From a bacterium (GTDB lineage Bacteria; Patescibacteriota; Minisyncoccia; Phycocordibacterales; Phycocordibacteraceae): a stretch of 42,533 nt of DNA. A model generated the notes under the pieces. That model did no database searches. It had not been told where the DNA came from and saw nothing but the letters and a program-made list of their open reading frames with translations. Below are positions 31,971 through 39,945 of the stretch, one piece after another. The position numbers and the translations under genes were made by a program. Location: positions 1 through 42,533 of the forward strand of contig JAJYQV010000037.1 of the NCBI GenBank assembly GCA_021794425.1, in the 5' to 3' direction. The number at the start of each line of letters is the position of its first letter. The first letter of the stretch is position 1.

Positions 31971-32567
31971 TCAATCCTCCGCAAAAATCTCCCGCAGGAG
32001 CGCGTCGCGTTCTTTCGGCGTGACTTCCGTCGCCGAGTACGGCACAACCGTCGCTTCATGCGCAGCTTCTTTGATGCTGCGCATTTGCGCCGAGGTCTCT
32101 TTCTGATTGAGCTTGTCTACCTTGTTTGCAATGATGAGATACGGATGTTCCTTTTCGCGCAGCACGCGAATCATCTCGCTGTCGAAGTCGGTCAGTCCCG
32201 CTTTCGCGTCGAGTATGATGACGACCTTGCTCACGGCCGCATCCGAATACATGAGATACCAGAGGATGAGTTTCTCGATGCTCTCTTTCTCTTTCGGCGA
32301 TCGCTTGGCGTAGCCGTAGCCCGGCAGGTCGACGAAATAGCACTTCTTATTATTGATGCCGAAGAAATTGATCTCGGTCGTCTTGCCGGGCCGATTACTC
32401 GTCTTCACCAGGTCTTTCCGGTTCACGAGCGAGTTGATCGTACTCGACTTGCCCACATTAGAGCGGCCGACAAACGCATATTCCGGCACGCCGTCGTAGA
32501 GGATGTCATCCGTCCCAATGATCCCCTTCAGGAACTCCGCCGAATTGATCTTGGTGATGTTGCTCAT
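31971..32567 (-). CDS. engB: Ribosome biogenesis GTPase YihA/EngB
   Basis: GRSNVGKSSTIN, DLPGYG and NKVDK. Confidence 0.9.
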   Translation of the reverse strand: MSNITKINSAEFLKGIIGTDDILYDGVPEYAFVGRSNVGKSSTINSLVNRKDLVKTSNRPGKTTEINFFGINNKKCYFVDLPGYGYAKRSPKEKESIEKLILWYLMYSDAAVSKVVIILDAKAGLTDFDSEMIRVLREKEHPYLIIANKVDKLNQKETSAQMRSIKEAAHEATVVPYSATEVTPKERDALLREIFAED

Positions 32568-32656
32568 TATTCAAACACTACCCTACTCCGCGATTTTTGC
32601 GAGCCAGCATCGCATATTCTAGCAGGATAGCCCTTCCTCGCAGCTGGTCCTCGCTC

Positions 32657-33181
32657 TCAGTACTTACGACTGTCGTACGCCCAGTGGAGGAGCGCCTGGC
32701 GCTGACGCGGCCGGCACGAGCCGCCGCCCTTCCGGCAGTTCTTCTTCACCTGCGCCACGTGCCGCGCCATCGCCCGCCAGCGCTTGATCTGCCGTGCGTC
32801 CTCCTCTGGCAGCCGACGGCCCAGGAAGTAGCGGCAGTACCACTGAAACCATCCGCGCGGGTCGTGCGCCTCGTTTATCCAGCCTTTCGCCCGCCACACC
32901 GAGAGCGGCTGCGACGCGTTCACGCCGAAGTAGTTGAGCGCCGCATCGTGCACGAAGCTGCCGGGCTCCTGGAACTTTGCTTTCGCGAACCAGCTCTTGG
33001 GGAACTCGTCGCCACAATCGCGCATGTACACCCCGCCGAAGACCCCGAGCGCGAGCATCTCGCGCGGCGAGAGCTCGGGCTTAAATTGCGGATCAAAGCC
33101 GCGCCCTGCGGGCGCGGCCAGCACATACCGATACCCACGCTGCATCGTATCGTTCACCACCACAGTCTTCATGCTCTTCAT
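32657..33181 (-). CDS. Conserved-looking hypothetical protein (174 aa)
   Basis: The GVFGGVYMRD...DPRGWFQWYCRYFLGRRLPEEDARQIKRW motif block looks like a conserved family, but I cannot name it. Confidence 0.55.
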   Translation of the reverse strand: MKSMKTVVVNDTMQRGYRYVLAAPAGRGFDPQFKPELSPREMLALGVFGGVYMRDCGDEFPKSWFAKAKFQEPGSFVHDAALNYFGVNASQPLSVWRAKGWINEAHDPRGWFQWYCRYFLGRRLPEEDARQIKRWRAMARHVAQVKKNCRKGGGSCRPRQRQALLHWAYDSRKY

Positions 33182-33392
33182 TCTACCTTGTCCACACCTA
33201 GGGCGCGTTCCACAGCTTGCCTATAGCTGATCAAAAAAATGAGGGCCCCGCAGGACCCCCACTCAAGTCATCACTCCTCATTCACGCCGCTTTTCGTTCT
33301 GCTGCATGGAACCAGCCAAGCGGGATCCGCGCCGCGGCCAGAGCCCGCAAACGTTTGGCCTCGCCCAATCGCAGCATCACTTCAAAACAGGT

Positions 33393-34295
33393 TTAGCCGA
33401 TGTCGTCGTCAAAGAAGTCTTCGTCTAGCTGCTTAGCGGTATACATGGTCTTGGGTTGGACACCAATATCGTAGCGATACATCAAGTCGACAAGCACAGC
33501 GCCGTCAATGAGTTTAATGGCATGGTCGGCGTCCTTCGCTTTCGCGATGGCCGAATCATCAAACGACGACGTGGTAACGAAAATGCCCTTCTTGGTTCCG
33601 CGGCTCATCGCGCCGATAAATTCGCGAATGAGTGGCTCGCGTACTTTATTATCCTGCGCGTATCGTTTTGCCTGGATAAATATCTTCTCAAAACCGAGCG
33701 AGTCCTGGTTGATGATGCCGTCGATACCTCCATCGCCCGACTTTGCAGTTACAGTAAAATCACCATACCCCATTTTACTAAAGAGTTGACCAACGATGCG
33801 TTCAAAGAAATAAGGGTCAACGGCTCGAAGCTTTTCGAGCAGATCATCTTTCACTTGGTTCTCAAGCGAGGTGATGCCAGTGTCAATCAAGTCTTCGGGC
33901 GAGTCGTTTCCGTCTTCTGCCTCGGCCACAGCACTCGATTCTGCCTTGCGCGAGTGCCGGTTTTTGAGAAAGTCTTCGTCATGCAGAAGCTCGGTGATGC
34001 TTAGACGCCCGGCGGCGAGCGCCTTGCGCCCCTTCTCGGTAATTTGTACCATCGCGCGCTCCGGCTGCGATACAAATTCGCCCTGCTTCAAGTACGCTTT
34101 AGCCCACCCAATACGATTGAGCAATAGTGGATCGCCGCTTTTGGTCATGCGAGTGAGGAGCTCTTCCGGCAGGTCGCTATAGAACTGATCGCGTACTCGT
34201 TTGCGCAAGTCATTGTAGTGCCAGAGCTTGCCGTCGCTGAGCACCTGCAAAATCGGAAGAAACGTCTCGTGATACTTCGGCATCGCTCGTGTCAT
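33393..34295 (-). CDS. mrr: Mrr-family type IV restriction endonuclease
   Basis: N-terminal Mrr_N winged helix (YHETFLPILQVLSDG...) and C-terminal Mrr_cat (FERIVGQLFSKMGY...GDGGIDGII...IFIQAKRY). Confidence 0.88.
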   Translation of the reverse strand: MTRAMPKYHETFLPILQVLSDGKLWHYNDLRKRVRDQFYSDLPEELLTRMTKSGDPLLLNRIGWAKAYLKQGEFVSQPERAMVQITEKGRKALAAGRLSITELLHDEDFLKNRHSRKAESSAVAEAEDGNDSPEDLIDTGITSLENQVKDDLLEKLRAVDPYFFERIVGQLFSKMGYGDFTVTAKSGDGGIDGIINQDSLGFEKIFIQAKRYAQDNKVREPLIREFIGAMSRGTKKGIFVTTSSFDDSAIAKAKDADHAIKLIDGAVLVDLMYRYDIGVQPKTMYTAKQLDEDFFDDDIG

Positions 34296-34326
34296 GAGCC
34301 TATTAGATCACTTTTGATCTTGCTGC

Positions 34327-34375
34327 GCAAAGGCTTCGTGGAGAATGGATTGTTTGAGGGTGGTGAGGTCAGCTT
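34327..34375. repeat. Direct repeat copy 1 (fossil coding fragment ...ADLTTLKQSILHEAFAQ)
   Basis: About three-quarters identical to 34719-34767, including a 17-nt identical core GCAAAGGCTTCGTGGAG. Confidence 0.85.
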
Positions 34376-34392
34376 GGTAAGTTTGAATACGC

Positions 34393-34704
34393 TTACGCGA
34401 CAAAAAATTCCACGATATCGCCGTCGAAGAGCGGCGAGTGCGGCTTTGGCGGAAGCCCGTTGATGGTGAGTTTCAGGGCACCCGGAGGGTATTGCTTCTC
34501 AATCTCCGGATGCGACTCGAAGACGCTCTGCAACAGGAAGAGGAACGTACCGCCCTCGCCCATCCACATCATCTCCTCCGCTTTCCCGGTGATGCGCTGG
34601 AGCGCGTCGTCGTACCGTATCGTCAGGCGCATCGGCGTCGGCACCCCCGGCATCTTGCGCATCTCCTCGACCATCCGTTGCATCTCCTCTTCGTTCATAC
34701 CCAC
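34393..34704 (-). CDS. MoaD/ThiS-like beta-grasp protein lacking a C-terminal Gly-Gly
   Basis: The MRLTIRYDDALQRITGKAEE...EGGT...LL...HPE...LTINGLPPKPHSPLFDGDIVEFFVA pattern mirrors MoaD/ThiS spacing. There is a 24-aa acidic/Met-rich N-terminal extension. Confidence 0.5.
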   Translation of the reverse strand: MGMNEEEMQRMVEEMRKMPGVPTPMRLTIRYDDALQRITGKAEEMMWMGEGGTFLFLLQSVFESHPEIEKQYPPGALKLTINGLPPKPHSPLFDGDIVEFFVA

Positions 34705-34718
34705 ATTCTACCCCGCCC

Positions 34719-34767
34719 GCAAAGGCTTCGTGGAGGAGGGACTGCGTGAGGGCGGCGAGGGCGGCTT
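34719..34767. repeat. Direct repeat copy 2 (fossil coding fragment ...AALAALTQSLLHEAFAG)
   Basis: Lies immediately 3' of the res stop codon and is out of frame with res. Confidence 0.85.
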
Positions 34768-37379
34768 TAAATTCGAAACTGCTCGAAGACTTCCTCAAAC
34801 GCTTCGTTGTCATCGTGCTTGAAGAACGGCAAACCGATGACTTTGTACTGTTCGTTCTCGAAAAGCGTTTCCACCTTTCCTTCTGCCGCAATTTCCTTCA
34901 AGAAGTCTTCTTTCCACTGGTCTTGCTTCACGAGGTGTGCGCCTTTGGGCTCGATGAAGAGCTGATGCACAATCGCCTGCTTGCTTCCCTTCTCGCGCAA
35001 GAAAAGCACGAAGTCCGGCTCGACACGCGCGCCGTCAGAGAAACGATAAATCGGAAAGAGTCGCTCGTTGCGCAGGAGTCGCACGTCTTCATATCGCTGT
35101 TCCAAATCCGCCATGGCGTCGTGTATGAAATGCACGAGCTCTTTTTCCTCTCGCGTGCCGTAGTTTTCATCGTAGACATACCAGTCTTTCTTTGAGAGGT
35201 CGAGCTGAAGCGAAGACGTGCGCGCCGCGCGCATCGGCACGCCGAATTCTTGGTCGCCTCCTTCGCTCACGGCGACCTTGATATGCTTATCCCGTACGAC
35301 TTTGTGAATCGGCCTGGGCAAAAACTCTTTCGTGCCCTCGTACTCGCCGGTATTGTTGGTCACGAGCTGTTCAATCTGTCGCAGCGCCTCTAGGGCGGCC
35401 TGAAGCACCTCGCTGCGAGTCACCGCTACCACGTCTTGAAGCTCGCCGCGCACGGCTATCGTCGCTCCGCCGAGGTATGCCTCGGCCGTAATGAACTCCT
35501 GCACAGAAGCCAGATGCGGGAAGAAGCGCGACAAAGAATCAAATCGGTAAAACGGCAGACGGCTGAGCGCTTCACGCCAGAGTGCCGCGTCAATCGGCGT
35601 AGTGTCCCGGCTCGTTTTCTCGCGCACCACCTGAGCTCCCGCTTCTTTGAAAACGGCAACATCGCTCCCGCCGCCGCGTTGCAAGTCAAAGACGAATCGC
35701 TGGGGAATACCCGGCACGTCTTTGAGCCCCTTGATGTGCTTCCGGCCGGTCGAGCGTTTCTCGTTCAGGAACACCTGCCCCGTCTTCCAAAATGCCGTTT
35801 TCTTGATCCCTTCTTTCACTTGTATGTCGTACTCGCGCAGGTCCTCGGGCTTCGCCATCGCGCCCGTCTTCACGAGCGCATTCTTGATCTCGGCGATGTA
35901 CCGCGAATCGTATTTCGAGTGATAGTGCAGCTGCTCCAGGATCCGCAGCTCGTTCCCGGTGTCCTCGTCATACTTGCGCACGAAGCGGTCCTCGTCATCT
36001 GCCGAGAGCGAAAACGGCCAGTAGCGCGCACCGCGCCCGACGAGCTGCGCCTCGGCCATCGTCGCCGGCGAGATCGTGCGCCCGCCCGACTGCCGCGTCT
36101 CGTAGAGGCGCACGATGTCGAAGAGATTGAGCACATCCCACCCCTCGTTCAGCTTGTCGACCGCAAATATGGCGCGGACGCGATTATGCTTCTCCTCAAG
36201 AGAATTCACCTCGAGCTGTTTCTGCTCCGAGTCGTCTTTCGAGTTGACCGACCGGCATTTCTCCGGATCGAAGTCGTCTTTGATCTCGCGCGCCAGGTCA
36301 GACAGCGTGATGTGTTTCTCGTCGAAAAATGCGAACGCGTCTGCGAGCGCCGGCTGGTCGTCAGACGCCTTCGGCCGTAGCGCTTTTATCGTAGACGCTT
36401 TGAGGGTGCGCACGGCCTCATGGAATGCCGCCTCGAAATCCTTTGAATCCTGAATGGACTTCGATTTGAAAAGTACCACCGGCTTCAGCTGTAGGCCATG
36501 GTGCTCGGCCACTTTCCGGCGATACTGCGAAAGCACGACGGCACTGAGCGCCCGATCCATCGGGTCCAAGTTCCGCCCGGCGATCTCTATCTCTTTCGAG
36601 AATCCATCGGAGCGGAATTGGGCGAGATCGTAGCGGTAGATGAGCTTGTCTTCGTACTTCTTGGCAATGTCTGCATTCTGCGTATCGATGGTCGCCGTAA
36701 ATTCAAGCATCACGTTGCGCGGATTCTTGCGGAGCACGCGAGTAATCGTCCCCTCCCAGGTCTGCCGCTCTATCTCTTCGTCTACCGAGGGCTTCCCGGC
36801 CCGTGTGAGCGCGTTCACGTGATGCGCTTCGTCCGAGAGGAACACAACGTCGCGGTCGTCAAAATCTTCCTCGGTGAGCACGTTTTCCCGCGGTGCGTTC
36901 ATGCGCGCATGAAGCCCCTGGATGGTCGTGAAGAGGATGTTGATGCCGTCCGGATCGGTCGAGCTGAAGTTCTCTACCGCGCGCACTGCCACTTCCCGGC
37001 CGCTCACCTCGATCTTATCTGCGAAGAGGTATTTGCTCGACTGCGGGTTGAGGAAGTTGTCGCGGGTCTTCTTGATGATGTTCGTGCTGTTTACGAAAAA
37101 CACGAAATTGCGATATCCGAGTTTATAGAGGTGCACTATCGCCCCCGCCATCACGAGCGTCTTGCCCGAGCCGGTCGCCATGTTGAAGAGCAGATGCACG
37201 GGTGTCTGCCGGCCATGGTACTCGCCCAAGTAAAACTCCAGCCGCCCGAGTGCCTCCTTCTGATACTCACGCAGCACCCGCCCCGATGCCAAGCTTGCCG
37301 CCACGCCCTCCGGCACTCGGCTCTTGAAATAACCGTCTCCGAGCGCCCGCGTCAATGAGTCAAAATCTTGGTAGAGCAT
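34767..37379 (-). CDS. res: Type III restriction enzyme Res subunit (SF2 helicase + PD-(D/E)xK nuclease)
   Basis: MATGSGKT Walker A, SDEAHH, and a C-terminal EPDFVLF...IEPKG nuclease-like motif. The start was trimmed to MLYQDFDSL, 1 nt after the rhuM stop. Confidence 0.85.
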   Translation of the reverse strand: MLYQDFDSLTRALGDGYFKSRVPEGVAASLASGRVLREYQKEALGRLEFYLGEYHGRQTPVHLLFNMATGSGKTLVMAGAIVHLYKLGYRNFVFFVNSTNIIKKTRDNFLNPQSSKYLFADKIEVSGREVAVRAVENFSSTDPDGINILFTTIQGLHARMNAPRENVLTEEDFDDRDVVFLSDEAHHVNALTRAGKPSVDEEIERQTWEGTITRVLRKNPRNVMLEFTATIDTQNADIAKKYEDKLIYRYDLAQFRSDGFSKEIEIAGRNLDPMDRALSAVVLSQYRRKVAEHHGLQLKPVVLFKSKSIQDSKDFEAAFHEAVRTLKASTIKALRPKASDDQPALADAFAFFDEKHITLSDLAREIKDDFDPEKCRSVNSKDDSEQKQLEVNSLEEKHNRVRAIFAVDKLNEGWDVLNLFDIVRLYETRQSGGRTISPATMAEAQLVGRGARYWPFSLSADDEDRFVRKYDEDTGNELRILEQLHYHSKYDSRYIAEIKNALVKTGAMAKPEDLREYDIQVKEGIKKTAFWKTGQVFLNEKRSTGRKHIKGLKDVPGIPQRFVFDLQRGGGSDVAVFKEAGAQVVREKTSRDTTPIDAALWREALSRLPFYRFDSLSRFFPHLASVQEFITAEAYLGGATIAVRGELQDVVAVTRSEVLQAALEALRQIEQLVTNNTGEYEGTKEFLPRPIHKVVRDKHIKVAVSEGGDQEFGVPMRAARTSSLQLDLSKKDWYVYDENYGTREEKELVHFIHDAMADLEQRYEDVRLLRNERLFPIYRFSDGARVEPDFVLFLREKGSKQAIVHQLFIEPKGAHLVKQDQWKEDFLKEIAAEGKVETLFENEQYKVIGLPFFKHDDNEAFEEVFEQFRI

Positions 37380-37380
37380 G

Positions 37381-38421
37381 TTACTTCTTCTTGTGCCGTG
37401 TCGGCTGCGGCGCTTGCGCTTCTGACAATCCTTCCGCCTTTTCGATAAACTTATCAAAGTCCGAGACGATACGCTGAGTCTTGTCGAACGCAGCGTACTC
37501 CTCGTGCGCCTTGCGCTCCGCCTGGTCGTGAGAGACCGACCCCTTACCATCGAGTACCCGGTACTCGTTGAACGCGAGGAATTTATTTACCGACTCTGCA
37601 AGCGCTTCCATCGTGAAGACCGTCTGGCCCTCGATGAGCCGCTCGATGTAGTCGAAGTAGCCGGACACGGTGCGCTCGAGCCGCTTGATGTCCGCCTCGG
37701 GCAGGTAGTTCTTGGCGATAGCCGCGTCGGATTTGAGAATCCGGCCATCCGGCGCGTGCTTCCAGGTAGCGAGTCCCATGTTGGCCTTACTCCGGTCGGC
37801 ACCCGCATAAATGAGCTCAGCGGCTGTGCGACCCGAGATGGCATAGTGGAACTTGTTCTGCACCATCGCGTAGAAGTTTTTCGTGAGATCTGATGCCGGA
37901 TCGTAGTCGATACTGCACTCGGCAAAGATATCCGTGATCTGCTGATAGATGCGCCGCTCGCTCGCGCGGATGGAACGCACGCGCTCAAGAAGCTCGCGGA
38001 AGTAGTCCTGTCCGAGGCGGGTGCCGTTCTTCAAGAGTTCGTCGTCGAGCGCGAAACCCTTGATGATGTAGTCGCGCAGCACCGTCGTGGCCCACTTACG
38101 GAAGTGGGTCGCCTGGATGGAGTTGACGCGGTATCCCACCGAGATGATGGCGTCGAGATTGTAAAATTGCGTCTCGTATGACTTGCCGTCTGCGGCAGTT
38201 GTTCGAATTTTTCGAATAACTGAATCTTCTTGTAACTCGCCATTCTTTATGGTTTCTTTGAGATGGTAGTTGACCGTGTTGACCTCCACTCCGAACACCT
38301 CCGCCATCCGCTTCTGCGTGAGCCAGACCGTCTCGTCTTGCACCAGCACCTCGACCGCCACCGCCCCCTCGGGCGACTTATAGAGCACGAACGTCTTTTC
38401 TTTTGCCGGCGTTTTTTTCAT
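37381..38421 (-). CDS. rhuM: RhuM-family (Virulence_RhuM) protein
   Basis: ETVWLTQKRMAEVFGVEVNTVNYHLKE...YNLDAIISVGYRVNSIQATHFRKWATTVLRDYIIKGFALDDELLK is the canonical RhuM N-terminal block. Confidence 0.8.
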   Translation of the reverse strand: MKKTPAKEKTFVLYKSPEGAVAVEVLVQDETVWLTQKRMAEVFGVEVNTVNYHLKETIKNGELQEDSVIRKIRTTAADGKSYETQFYNLDAIISVGYRVNSIQATHFRKWATTVLRDYIIKGFALDDELLKNGTRLGQDYFRELLERVRSIRASERRIYQQITDIFAECSIDYDPASDLTKNFYAMVQNKFHYAISGRTAAELIYAGADRSKANMGLATWKHAPDGRILKSDAAIAKNYLPEADIKRLERTVSGYFDYIERLIEGQTVFTMEALAESVNKFLAFNEYRVLDGKGSVSHDQAERKAHEEYAAFDKTQRIVSDFDKFIEKAEGLSEAQAPQPTRHKKK

Positions 38422-38882
38422 ATGTGAGGATGTTCGTTATCCGCTTTCACCTCGAGCCGCTCGACACCGTATTCCTCGAACTCCTCGGACCATTTCGCTT
38501 CGAGCTCCCACACCCGCTCGACCCGTTCTTCGTGCGACATGACGGCCCGGAGCGCCGGCGTCGTCATGCGCTCAAAGTCGCGCTCGGCGAGCACTTCGCC
38601 AAGCTCTTCCCACATCGTGTGATCGTCATACCGCTCGATGAGCGCGCGAGTCGTCGGCTCGTCGTCCATATCGTAGGTGGCGTGATAGCCGATTCGTTCG
38701 TCGTAGCCGACAAATTTCTCGAACCCCGCCTCCTTGGCAAAAGAGAAGATATGATTGCGTACGGCTTTTATCCCTTCATCCATCTCCATATCCGCTTCGC
38801 AGATAGCGTTCGCCATCCAGTCGGCCATATAGGTCGCCCGCATCAGGTCCCAGTATTGCTCTCTAGTCAGCTCGATTTTCAT
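38418..38882 (-). CDS. Hypothetical strongly acidic 154-aa protein
   Basis: By my count about 39 Asp/Glu versus about 18 Lys/Arg. There is a 4-nt ATGA overlap with rhuM. Confidence 0.55.
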   Translation of the reverse strand: MKIELTREQYWDLMRATYMADWMANAICEADMEMDEGIKAVRNHIFSFAKEAGFEKFVGYDERIGYHATYDMDDEPTTRALIERYDDHTMWEELGEVLAERDFERMTTPALRAVMSHEERVERVWELEAKWSEEFEEYGVERLEVKADNEHPHI

Positions 38883-39123
38883 AGCAAGTTTGTTATATCA
38901 TTCCTCTTCGGCATACACCCGCGCACAACTTTAGCCGACTTATGCACACCCCGCACGCGGCAATTGATGCCGTGCCACGATTGTGCTACTCTCTGGGTAG
39001 GAGCATGCAATAATAGCTTTTTGAGCGCTTTGGTGTTCCCTCGGAGTATCCGAGGCATGGATTGAGTAATCAAGCCATAAAACCGAAGGATGTCGCCCAA
39101 GGAGACGCTGCTTCTACCAAAAG

Positions 39124-39143
39124 AGATCTGCGCACGCAGGTCT
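39124..39143. terminator. Bidirectional terminator after DUF3800
   Basis: AGATCTGCG-ca-CGCAGGTCT hairpin flanked by AAAAG and TTTTTTG. Confidence 0.6.
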
Positions 39144-39174
39144 TTTTTGCTTTGTGGATGCGACACGAGAGCGT

Positions 39175-39825
39175 TCATACGGCAAAAAATTCCTGCCCCT
39201 CCGCCAAAAGATTGTTCTTGAGCGCCTTATAGTACTCGTCTCCAGACGGCCCGGCTTCATGATAGCGCGCGAGCGCTCCGGCAATCCAATCGACAATCTG
39301 CATGTTCGCATTTGCTGTCGAATCGACCATTTCGACTTGCACCAACGTGCCCGGCGCGCAGTGCGGCGCAAGCCGGGCAATGATAGCCTCTTCAAATTCG
39401 CCTTTCTTCATTCCCTTCAAAGATCGCCGGTCACAAAAGACATGCACGAGCAAATCGTCTTGCGGCAGATATTGCTCAAGAATATCTCCGACGATATTGG
39501 TATACAGGACACCGCTATCGATCTTCTGCTTCTTTGTCCGGTACGTCGCAGGAATATTCTTGCGCAAAAGATACCCATAGCGGACGCGCACGTCGAGACG
39601 CGCGATATGCTTGAGTGTTCGCAGACGTAATGCCTCGTCAATGCCGGCGGCAGACCACTTGATCTCGCTCTGGAACCGCATACGGCGCGGGAACTTTGAC
39701 CGGAACCATGAACGCATCGCTTTGTCCGTGCGGCGCTGCTCGCCGACGGTAAAGGTGGCGACCACAAAATACTGTTCGTGATTGTGTTTGGTAAAGTTGC
39801 CGCTCTCGTCGAGAAAGATGTACAT
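39175..39825 (-). CDS. DUF3800 family protein
   Basis: N-terminal MYIFLDESGNF and C-terminal VDSTANANMQIVDWIAGAL match DUF3800 hallmarks. The start was trimmed from 39843. Confidence 0.65.
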   Translation of the reverse strand: MYIFLDESGNFTKHNHEQYFVVATFTVGEQRRTDKAMRSWFRSKFPRRMRFQSEIKWSAAGIDEALRLRTLKHIARLDVRVRYGYLLRKNIPATYRTKKQKIDSGVLYTNIVGDILEQYLPQDDLLVHVFCDRRSLKGMKKGEFEEAIIARLAPHCAPGTLVQVEMVDSTANANMQIVDWIAGALARYHEAGPSGDEYYKALKNNLLAEGQEFFAV

Positions 39826-39827
39826 AG

Positions 39828-39941
39828 TTAAGTGTCGCTGCACTTCAGGGCTACCACGCCCTCCGGCACCCGGCTTTTGAAAAAGTCGGGCCCGTTTACA
39901 TCCAGCGACGAATCAAATTTTTGATAGAGAGATTGGGACAT
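39828..39941 (-). pseudogene. Truncated 5' remnant of a second type III res gene (37 codons)
   Basis: MSQSLYQKFDSSLDVNGPDFFKSRVPEGVVALKCSDT* aligns with the Res N-terminus MLYQDFDSLTRALGDGYFKSRVPEGVAASL. The 16-nt string CCACGCCCTCCGGCAC occurs in both copies. The ATG is 4 nt after the upstream stop. Confidence 0.75.
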
Positions 39942-39945
39942 AGAT

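Noticed and set aside
38879-39178. 99-aa minus-strand ORF between DUF3800 and the acidic-protein gene.
   Set aside because: It runs straight through the bidirectional terminator hairpin at 39124-39143. It has no RBS, and its composition is not protein-like. It is more likely a promoter/leader region for the downstream operon.
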